From: Candidatus Uhrbacteria bacterium
Lineage (GTDB): Bacteria > Patescibacteriota > Patescibacteriia > UBA9934 > GWF2-40-263
Reading direction: 5' to 3'
NCBI GenBank assembly: GCA_016206085.1
Contig: JACQSF010000009.1
Span: 9,412 to 73,411 of the forward strand
DNA length: 64,000 nucleotides
The notes under the pieces: model-generated
Database searches by the model: none
Told to the model about the DNA's origin: nothing
What the model saw: only the letters and a program-made list of their open reading frames with translations
Shown here: in pieces, positions 48,952 through 58,400 of the stretch
How positions within the stretch are numbered: the first letter of the stretch is position 1
Layout of the letters: every line of letters starts with the position of its first letter
Position numbers and translations under genes: made by a program

Positions 48952-49671
48952 ATGCGGCTCAATCAGACCCGATCCTTCACGCCAATGAATATGGTCATCA
49001 TGGCCGTAGTCGCCATTCTTCTGGGGATGGGAACCAAGACCTCTTCAGTTTCCGAAAGACCACTGGCTCCTGTCGTGAGCGAGCCACGTCCGAGGAACGC
49101 GCCGTCCGCACAGACGTCCCAACCCTCGCGTGGAGAGATCAAGGAATTCTTCCTCACCCATCCGCAGAAAGGGGTGCGTGATGACTTCCATCACTTGCTC
49201 ATCAGTGGGCAAATGTCATTCGTCTGGAATGCGGTCGGCACTCCGGTAGCCACATTCGGCTTGATCCAAGATGGGGATAGCGAGCCTGTTCTGGCACTGC
49301 TGGCGGATCCAGAGATCTTTCTGGAACGCAACCGCTCTCTCGCGCAGATCACCATCTACCACGAATACCTGCATTACCTGCAGTGGCGGGATGGAACCAT
49401 TCCCGAGTCCGCGTTCTACATTCGTGATTCCATGCCTCACGACGAGGTACACGACTGGTGCAAACAAAAATGGCACGCCGAGCGTCTGGCGTACCATGAA
49501 GCGTGCGCGTTCGGCCGAGAAGCCGGCCTGATAGGCGATCTGCGACCCGGAGGGCCGTTGTCAGTCGTCTGTACGGCTGATGAACCCCAGTTCATTCCGA
49601 TCCTGAAGCGTGTCCTCACGCTCGCGGATCCATCGGGCCCCATGTGTTCCCAGACGTGGAACACGATCTGA
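48952..49671 (+). CDS. Secreted/anchored HExxH protein (HEYLH), function unknown
   Basis: N-terminal hydrophobic segment, motif ITIYHEYLHYLQW, elevated G+C. Confidence 0.4.
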   Translation: MRLNQTRSFTPMNMVIMAVVAILLGMGTKTSSVSERPLAPVVSEPRPRNAPSAQTSQPSRGEIKEFFLTHPQKGVRDDFHHLLISGQMSFVWNAVGTPVATFGLIQDGDSEPVLALLADPEIFLERNRSLAQITIYHEYLHYLQWRDGTIPESAFYIRDSMPHDEVHDWCKQKWHAERLAYHEACAFGREAGLIGDLRPGGPLSVVCTADEPQFIPILKRVLTLADPSGPMCSQTWNTI

Positions 49672-49689
49672 CCAGACTGACCGACATTG

Positions 49690-49938
49690 TCAGTCTTTTT
49701 TGTTCCAGGATTCTACCGTGAGGGTTTCAGGCGGATGAAAGGCTAGATGCCTAGCCAGAATCCGTTCCCAAACTCCAGGCGGACAATCGAATTCGATGGA
49801 ACGGTAGGGCGAGCTGTCTTCGGCCTCACGGATGACACATCCATCCTCATTTGGGTGATCCCTTTCGATTGACTGATCGTTACAACCGTTCAGCAACGGA
49901 AGGACGATGAACGAAAGAACGTACAGGAACTGACGCAT
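49690..49938 (-). CDS. Small lipoprotein
   Basis: Lipobox LLNGC. 82 aa. Confidence 0.35.
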   Translation of the reverse strand: MRQFLYVLSFIVLPLLNGCNDQSIERDHPNEDGCVIREAEDSSPYRSIEFDCPPGVWERILARHLAFHPPETLTVESWNKKD

Positions 49939-50099
49939 GGGAACCTCGTTGGTAAGTTGTCCAAAAAAATAACCCCCAATCGTTATGATCTGGGGGATTA
50001 TTTTTCTACCTTCACTACATCAGAAATCTGAGCTCCCGTCAATGGTCATGTGTGGACAACTCACCTGAGATGCTCGAGTCGTCATCAGGCAAAAAGTGC

Positions 50100-50143
50100 A
50101 TTTTCTTCAAGCGGGTCGGAAGCGAAGCTTCCGACAAATGAGG
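50100..50143. repeat. 44-nt direct repeat with internal hairpin, copy 2
   Basis: See 47632-47675. Lies 7 nt 3' of the TPR gene stop. Confidence 0.6.
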
Positions 50144-50149
50144 AACTCT

Positions 50150-51019
50150 TTATCTCCTTGGATTTAATCCTGATGCGGGAAGATCTTGAACGATCTCCAT
50201 CATGGCCTTTTGAAATCGCCGTCCACCCTCACTACTCCGTTCCTTCCGTGGCTTAGACCTGAAAAGACGAAGAGCAACCTTCGCGTAATGACGGGCCTGT
50301 TTCTTGATTCCTCGAGCCACGTTTAGCTGGGCGAGATTGTAAACACACCCAAAGTCGGATGGGTCTCGTCGTCGCAATCGCTTAATAAGACATTCTGCTT
50401 CCTTAAATTTGCCCAACTGAAAATAGGCGTAGGCCAAAGAAAACTCAACTTTTGATCCCTTAGGATCAACCTGAAATGCTTTTCGATACCACTTGAGTGC
50501 ACGTGGATCCTTACGATTTATGAGAATACGACCTAACCCAATCATCGCCATCGTGCATTTTGGATTGAGTCGCAATGCCTGACGATACGCATGGCGTGCG
50601 GCGGCTTCCATTTCTTTTCGTATTTTCGGCCAGAGTGGATTCGCTAAATGATCATACATAAACCCAAGATAACACCACTTGAGCTCCTTTTCTTCTTTTG
50701 TCGCAGCTTTTATGTTCTTCAAGTTTCGTATCCCGCTTCTTGGATCCAAAGACCACGCTGCTTTGAGATATGCCTTAGACAATTGATCTGTTATAGACAT
50801 AGTTCCTAAAAAAATGCGCACCATGCAATGGTACGCTACAGGGTGAGAGAAGGCTACTTCATATGTTGTATCCCCAACGACCCGTTGACGGTGAAAGAAA
50901 AACCTGTTGTGATGGTTATGTAAGAACCCCTTCATTGCCTGCTTGTCGGGCTGGGGGTTGTTTTTGTTCGACTTAATCAGGAACATAAAGTTCACGATCG
51001 AAAACTTTATGTTCCACAC
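50150..51019 (-). CDS. TPR-repeat protein
   Basis: Multiple TPR-like 34-aa units (..AY..A..L.P....A...LG......). The true start is probably an internal Met, so the hairpin element at 50979-51014 would be intergenic. Confidence 0.55.
   Translation of the reverse strand: MWNIKFSIVNFMFLIKSNKNNPQPDKQAMKGFLHNHHNRFFFHRQRVVGDTTYEVAFSHPVAYHCMVRIFLGTMSITDQLSKAYLKAAWSLDPRSGIRNLKNIKAATKEEKELKWCYLGFMYDHLANPLWPKIRKEMEAAARHAYRQALRLNPKCTMAMIGLGRILINRKDPRALKWYRKAFQVDPKGSKVEFSLAYAYFQLGKFKEAECLIKRLRRRDPSDFGCVYNLAQLNVARGIKKQARHYAKVALRLFRSKPRKERSSEGGRRFQKAMMEIVQDLPASGLNPRR
50979..51014. repeat. Hairpin element ggaacataaaSttcacgatcg...tgttcc, copy 1 (13-bp perfect arms)
   Basis: ggaacataaagtt-cacgatcgaa-aactttatgttcc, 8 nt upstream of the 174-aa gene ATG. 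Related copy at 51538-51573. Confidence 0.55.
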
Positions 51020-51021
51020 CT

Positions 51022-51546
51022 ATGGCACAAAACCAAAAATCCAATAAGGTAACCCAAGAAATCATCGATACACTGGTCGAAGCTAGCGACCTTACTATCG
51101 AGTGGATGAACAACCCGTACAAACAATACAGACGGATTCGAGGAATCATGGAGCCGGAAGAGTGGGATCAAATCTTTCGAGAGAAAAAGAAACGTCGGGC
51201 TCTGAAAGAACTCAAACGCAAGAAATGGCTTACTGAGCGACGGGAAGGGAACCAAATCGTTTTTGAATTAGCAGAATCAGTCGCCATCCAACGTCTTAAA
51301 ACAATGATCCGATCAACGATTGCCGTCCTACCGGAACCATCGATTATTTTAGTAGCGTTTGATTTTCCTGAAGCGGCGAGAAAGGCCCGCGACTCGTTTC
51401 GATTTTTTCTGAAATCGGTCGGTTTCGGACAGAAACAGCTCAGCGTCTGGTTCTCCAACAAATCTATTCTTGATGAAATGCAGGCTCTGGTTCGTATACT
51501 CAAGATTGAAAAGTGGGTTAACATTTACCTCACGAGCGGAACATAA
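51022..51546 (+). CDS. Hypothetical small protein, possibly a wHTH-type regulator (PaaX-like)
   Basis: 174 aa, basic/helical N-terminal half, conserved-looking C-terminal SIILVAFDFPE...GFGQKQLSVWFS. No His residues, so not a HUH transposase. Confidence 0.3.
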   Translation: MAQNQKSNKVTQEIIDTLVEASDLTIEWMNNPYKQYRRIRGIMEPEEWDQIFREKKKRRALKELKRKKWLTERREGNQIVFELAESVAIQRLKTMIRSTIAVLPEPSIILVAFDFPEAARKARDSFRFFLKSVGFGQKQLSVWFSNKSILDEMQALVRILKIEKWVNIYLTSGT

Positions 51547-51573
51547 ACTTCACGATCGTGAAAAGATTGTTCC
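51538..51573. repeat. Hairpin element, copy 2 (contains the perfect 14-bp palindrome TTCACGATCGTGAA); overlaps the stop codon of the 174-aa gene
   Basis: ggaacataaacttcacgatcgtgaaaagattgttcc. Confidence 0.55.
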
Positions 51574-51657
51574 TTGGAAACTCTTGCTTTGGCGATGTTC
51601 AAGCGCGAAGATTCAAAAGTGAGCGTTCGATCTAAAGAACAGCGTTTCGGCCGAAAA

Positions 51658-51734
51658 CTATCCACATCTCACCCACAGATTTTGCCAAAAATGGCTAATT
51701 TTGTCTCATTTTTGAGGCAAAGGGGTTGACAAAA
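51658..51734 (+). promoter_or_regulatory. Duplicated 78-nt upstream block (copy B) ending in TTGACAAAAC
   Basis: Lies 41 nt upstream of the lipoprotein gene ATG (51776). Low-GC, unlike the gene it precedes. Confidence 0.5.
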
Positions 51735-51775
51735 CCCCAAAAATAGGATCAAATGTCAATAGATAGAGGTGAATT

Positions 51776-52402
51776 ATGTCCAGGTCCCTCCTGGTTTCTC
51801 TCCTGCCCCTCGCCTTCGTGGTGGGGTGCGGGAACAGCACCGGCGGCACCTGCGCCGGCGCCGAGTGCGACGCCACCGACGTCGACTCCGACTTCTCCGC
51901 GATGTTCCACAACGTCGCCCCCTACGGTTGGGTAGGTGACCACCTGGTGTGGCCGTACGACGAGAACTCGATGGGAATCGAGCCTCTGTGTTCCTCGGTC
52001 AACGAGTGCAACGCCGAACTCTCGGAGTTCGGGACCAGGATGGTCGACATCGACGGTGACACCTTCATGTGTGTCCCTCAGCTCCTCATCGTGGGCGAGG
52101 TCGACGACGGCACGACCGTCGACGCGACTTCTCCATGGCTAGGTGAGGGCATGTGTGGCCTCGCACCTGAGGGCGAAGACGATGGCTGGGAGGTACGTAC
52201 CGACATCCACGACCTCAACAGCGACGGGGATGACGAGGTGATCATTCACATCGCTTCCTGGACGGCGATCGTCACGGGCTCCGAATTCTTCTACGAGGAG
52301 GACGAGTACCTCCTCGAAGGCTGGATCTCGGAAGACCTCAGCCAGGTCTACTTCCACCGCGTCGTCGAGACAGGCGAGACAGAGCGGACACTCGACCTGT
52401 AG
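51776..52402 (+). CDS. Acidic lipoprotein, high-GC (GC3-rich) codon usage
   Basis: Lipobox LAFVVGCG, Asp/Glu-rich, Cys-containing. Strongly GC3-biased codons, unlike the flanks. Confidence 0.5.
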   Translation: MSRSLLVSLLPLAFVVGCGNSTGGTCAGAECDATDVDSDFSAMFHNVAPYGWVGDHLVWPYDENSMGIEPLCSSVNECNAELSEFGTRMVDIDGDTFMCVPQLLIVGEVDDGTTVDATSPWLGEGMCGLAPEGEDDGWEVRTDIHDLNSDGDDEVIIHIASWTAIVTGSEFFYEEDEYLLEGWISEDLSQVYFHRVVETGETERTLDL

Positions 52403-52458
52403 GAACCACCGTCTCTGACGGTACGCGCGACTCACTCACACGGAGTCGCTATTTATTT

Positions 52459-52488
52459 AAAAGACGAGCTTCAGAAGCTCGTCTTTTT
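52459..52488. terminator. Bidirectional rho-independent terminator between convergent genes
   Basis: aaaagacgagcttcagaagctcgtcttttt, a perfect 10-bp stem flanked by an A-run and a T-run. Confidence 0.7.
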
Positions 52489-52494
52489 GTGAGC

Positions 52495-55400
52495 TTACTC
52501 AGTTAGAATTTTCACGACCCCATCGTAATTGATCCAAGGATTTACTATCCTACCACTAGAATCTTCACATATACTGTCAGAATTATTTTCAGATGGACAT
52601 TCCTCAATGTTACACTCATCCTGCGTACTACTTCCTATCACTCCCGTATAACACCCCTCGGTCCCATCATCACCTGCCGTACAGTATCCCGTGCACCAAC
52701 CCCAGTTGTCCATCACGTGTACACGGGGCTGGAAGACACAGAAGTCCCCACTCACGCAAGGCGAGTAGATTAGCCTTCCGTCTTCTTCATCAAAGATACA
52801 CTCACGACCTTCCAGCTGCGCCAACCGTCCTGTGGTACAAGTGTAATCATGCGTAAAGGCGATATAAGAACTGCTACAGGCGTTAGATGATTGGCCAAAT
52901 TCATCCGGATCATTGCTGCACTCCTGTGAATCTGAAACGGAATTGAGTCCTCTATAGTTTTTATAGAAATTATTTCGAGCAATTGATCCGCTATAAGAAC
53001 CAAACGGCCATGGATTGGAATTGCCACCAATCCCAGCCATATTATCCCCCCAATCAACAATCACACGCCGGATCGGCATTTGATCCGAGTCCGCATAGGC
53101 ATAAAACGCTACCGTTACATGCTTGGATCCCTCGCCTTCAATATCGGCACTATCAACTTCATTCACAGAGAACTTGTTTTTCACTCCCTCGTAGCAAAGC
53201 GTTCCCTCACACTCGCCAATGGAAACGATCGTTGGAGCCTTATCTTCTGGATTATCTTGAGCGCTTGCTCGTGTGTCCCAAATCCAATCAGAGAAACTTG
53301 TTTCAAAATTATCTGTGTCAAAATCAAATCGTTCGAAGTCTCCCAGCGGTTCACGATCCGTAAAGATTGTTTCGTTTGTCGGGATGACTCCGGTGTCCAC
53401 CTCCCCGTATCCGTCATCGGTAAACTCAACAATACCGTAAATGCGTCCGAAGATCTGAGAAAGAAGCCCTATGGCATCCCCTTTTGAACCAACGGATAAC
53501 GCATACACTGGGGCATCATCATTTGCAATACAGGTCGCGCCCGATAACTGACGACTCCCATCTGTCGAATACGAACCATGGCAATAGTTGACCCAGCAGG
53601 TCTGATCTCCTTCACATGCCAGTCCATCATAGGAACCCCCCACACAGGTCCCAGCGGCACAGGCTCCATCAACGCCTTCATCCTCACAGGTATCATCCAC
53701 CCCATCTTCATTCGCGTCGATAAACGAACAGCTAATACTGTTGTCATTCTCACAATACCCGCCGCCACAATACACAGCCGCACCCGAACTGCTGTTCCAA
53801 TTGCACCATTGCTCATTTTCTTCACCGCTATCATTGCAATCACAATCAACATTCAAACAATAGCTTGAAATCACATCCGTCTGTACTGTCAATGAAACAT
53901 CCCTATTGGCTCGTGCATCTTCCCCACTACTGCTCGTCACCACGTCTCCCGAATCGCAAACTAAATCGACAGGTGGTAGCTCCTGTCCATAACCCTCAAC
54001 AAGACACATGGCCAATACCCAGGGTTCTGGGTCTCTCTCTAATTTAAGCGAAAGATAATCCGTCGCAATCCCATAGGGGGACTGTAACGAGCCGAATTGG
54101 TAGCCTAAGAAACTTGGATTGGAACTTGAAAGAGGTTGCGTGTTACTTTCATGATCCCAGAGCTTGTTTGTCCATGCCGCATTATACGTATCAAACGGGA
54201 GAACCTGCTCATCTTGAGTGGATTTTGCAGACACTTGAACCACGCTTGTGCAAACAGCACCAGGAACAAAATTATTATTCAAATTCCGAAATCCTTTTCC
54301 CGAGAGAGCTCCTCCCGCATCATAGGTTGAAAGCAGAAAGTCAACACCCCCTCCTGTATATTCACTATAACTAAACGCTTCGGCTCCTTCACTGAGAACC
54401 CCCCGCGCTTCACAATCGTCATAATAATCAACCGCCGTATCAAAATCTGTCGGAGGCAAAACGTACACACGGATATTTGGTGCGGCTAATCCCGCCCAAT
54501 GATCGCCCACCGAATTCACATTTAGGTAGTAGGCTCCCGTGGGTGCATCCGCGTCATTGTTCGCAGTAAACGGGGACGACTCGACGGTGATCCCTAATGC
54601 GGCATCCGGGGTCAAACACGTATCTCCGGACACTCCTCTATCATCATCTTGAGTTTTATAGGAAAGTTTTGGAACACAGAAATAGGGACAGTCTTTATCA
54701 CCGGAAGCCGTACATTCATTGTTTGTGTCATTTGACCCACAACCCGTCATCACAGCGAAGAATCCATCAGGACACCAAACAGCGGCAACACAATCATCTT
54801 GAGAATCTCTTGAATTATCCGCTTCATTGCTGAAATGTTGCCAATCGGAACCGTCATTACAGTTGTTATCTTGTACTTCCGCACAGGCGATCTCACTTGT
54901 TCCAACGGTGTATCCTAACTCCACCTCCGCACAGTAATACGTGTCCTGTGGTTGGTATCCAGCGGACGTATACTTTGCGTAGAGGTCTGTGGCGCCCGTA
55001 AGCTGGTCAACAGGAAGCCACGTTAAACAGGCTTGATCCTCTGGCGCGGATGAACCAAGCGTTTGGATCGATGAATCTTTTTCAATACAGTAGCCATTCC
55101 ATCCGTACACGGAATCAACACGGCTCACATAGGAACAGATGCCGGATTGCGTCGTTTTTCCGTCGGTACTCGTAAAAGAACAGTCGTCATCATCTTGGCA
55201 GGGAATTCCATTCACAGGACCGCCTGAACAAATTCCCTCGGGAACATCGGCAACTCCTGTCCCTAGTTCAAAGTATCGATAGCCTGTCCCGTCTCCATAT
55301 TCCGCCTTATCATAAGAACAAATACAATCAACAGGATTGCCAGAAGCATCTATCGCACAAGTGGTTGAATCCTGGAACCCATTAACGTAGCTATAGGGAA

Positions 55401-58400
55401 GAGCCGCCTGGCTGGTTGGAGGATTGACCTTTGAGTTGGAGTCAGAAGAAACAGGACTTTCTCCATCTGCCTCAATGTTCTCCGCTGTGTATTGAATCCA
55501 GTACTGCACCACATCCGTCGGGAACGGCGAATCAATCTCTGGATAGGCCCGACAGGACTGTTCACGAGCATCATCCACCTCAAGACGATCCGCAAAACCG
55601 TCACCATTTACGTCCAGAATATCTGTCAAACAGCGATCGTTGAAACAAGAACCCGTTGTTGATGTTGAGGCTGGAACACAGGTGCGATTGGAGGAGTCTG
55701 TCACGCAGGCGTCACGATATAACACATTTGTCGTCAGCTCATCCACACAGACAAACCCAATAGGATCACAAATCAATGTCGAAATGCCGCTGGACGATGT
55801 CACGCCGGAGCAATCCGCATTTGTTCCGTTCCCTTCGTTTTCGTCAGGATTACAGGAACAATCTTCATCACAACCCACCGTCCCCGTTGCTTGCAAGTAT
55901 CCAACCACACAGGACTCTCCATCTGAACAGTCGTCATCACTTGCACAGGAGACCGCGGAATCCTCACAATGCCCGATCACACAAGATCCCCCGTTTCCGT
56001 CCCCAGACTCCGTCGAGTCACAGGGTCCCGCGTTATAGACCAGTCGGTAGTCTGTTTCATTTGAATTTTCGCAGGCGAAATAGCACTGCCCGCTTGCCCG
56101 GTCGCACACGCCAGAAGCGTGACCACTGTTGCTCGTACAATCTGAATCAGTCGAGCAGCGTGCGGAGCTATCCAATGGACAATCCGCATACGACCCGCAC
56201 GCGCGTGGAAGCGTCGTATCCCCTTGAGTAATATAAGCTGATCCGGTGAGTGCCACTCCTGATGAATTGACACACACTGACTGGGCGGCAATGTTGTACT
56301 GGTCGTACAACTCAACTGGGAGCTGGTTTGGAATCGCATTTCCCGAATACTCATACCCCGTCCAACTTACATCGCGGACGGAATAGTGATACGCAGAAAG
56401 AATCGATGGGTCACTCTGATCCCATTGAGAACAAATTGCACGGTCTCCCTGCTGTTGTCCTTCCACACACAAGTTAATCGAATCACAAATCGTGTCATAC
56501 GTGTTGGTTTGTGTGTTCCAACTGGTGCGCGAACTCTCGCAAGAAAGCCATGCCGCACAGCTACGATCACGATTCACTTTTATCACCTCATTGGTGTCGT
56601 CCTCCAGAGCATAGGCATCAACAACATCGGTACAGGTTCCGCTCACATCTTCTCCCTTATAGGTAGTGAGAAGGCCACAGTCGGAATCAACAAAGCAGGA
56701 GCCATTGTAATAGACTGTATCTACCGCCCCCTGCTCTGAACCTGTTGTTGTGAGCTGATCCCCACTCTCAACCGTGTAGGCACAACGCCTGGCACAAAGA
56801 TCAACTTCTGTTCCTGTCCCGGCAATCGCCGCGTCGGCATCGGAAATCGTGAATACCCCACCGTCTTGTGTCGTACAACTAATCGGATCCACGAGATCGT
56901 TCATTTCTGTTCCGTAGAACACATCCGCATGGGTCGAAAGTACGTAGCTGGCGGAGGCATGGTAGGTTAATTCTGAAACAGTCGTATTATTAAAAAGGGC
57001 ACATCCAAACTTCTGACTCACTTGGCCGTTACAACGTTGCGAGTCCGTGAGCGTGTCTTCACTCAACAGATCGTCGTTGGTGAAATAATAGGACTGGCCG
57101 TCTTCATTGAGGCCTCCACCCGTGTCAACGACATCAATAAACTCGGTACACAAATCATACTTACTGCTACAACTTGCAACCCATCCATCATAGAAATCCC
57201 AATAGTCTGTGTCGCCATCGTCCTGGTCTCCATTATTCCAAACCCCAAATTCCTCGCCCGCAATCAAGTACGCTTCATCCTCATCCTGATCATAGACCCC
57301 ATCCCCATCTTTATCTTCCCAGTAACACGGTTCGTTTGTTCCGGTTCGGAACCACCCGAAGTAGGAACGGTTGTTGATCGTCACGCTGGTCTTGTATTCA
57401 CATTCTTTATCAAGCGGATCTTTAAAATAGAAATTCCCGTCTTGTGTTGACGCCCACTCCTCGCAGAACAAGGCTTCTTGATCGCACAAAATACTGTCGT
57501 AATCCGCAGGTAAGTTGATGTAATACACCGACTCAAAACTCTCCACTTCACGTTGGTCTTGCGTGTAGGTTGGTTTACCAAGCTCCTGACACCCCATCGC
57601 GCTGGAAGCACATTGATCGCTCTCATCCGCAACAATGTACACAGGCGTATCACCCGGAACAATCACGGTCTCCGAACCATACACGACGGCATAATACTCG
57701 CTGGAACTTACCTCCTCCACAGGGAGATCTCCTGGGAACGCCTGATCGGCATCAAAAAGACAGTAACTCTCTCCCACGATAATCGTGCAGTATTCAATCT
57801 CGTTGATCTTACACGCGGTGTTTCTAGTGACCACATCATCGTCTGTAAAATCCGTGTCTGAGGAATACATGCACCTGGCGTTGTACACCTGCGTGTAAGG
57901 CGAATCTGAATTGGCCGTGTGATAAAACCCCTCGCATCCCACAACCTCTTCTGAACACAGATCTGAAAACTGATACAGATCAACCGCACTCCCGTTATGA
58001 TCCGTGTAGGCTTCACAACCCAGGTAGTATTGGTCTGAATCAACACCTTCTGGCGTTTGATCACAGGTCGACGGAACCACCCAGGAATTTTTTATGATCG
58101 TAATATTCTCTTCGACCTGCTTGAGGGTGACGTTATCAAGATAAAACTCCATTTCCGCATCCGTGGCAAAACGGACTACCGCATTCTCATCAAAATCTGC
58201 ATAGGCGGACGTATCCACGGGTCCAAGGGAATAGAGAACCCACGATCCATCCAGGGCAACAGGAGTGAGATCGGAAACACCGCTGTTTGGATCGACGAAG
58301 TCATGTACGTCTCCCGCTCCTCCTTGCTCCCCAAACGTCACGTAGAGATTCCCATTTCCCTTGGCCCAAAAATCCAACACAAACGTCTTTCCCGCCACAA

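Noticed and set aside
50979-51573. IS200/IS605-like element (small gene flanked by subterminal hairpins)
   Set aside because: The 174-aa product has no histidine at all, so it cannot carry the HUH motif of TnpA. Kept only as a hairpin-flanked regulatory-gene finding.
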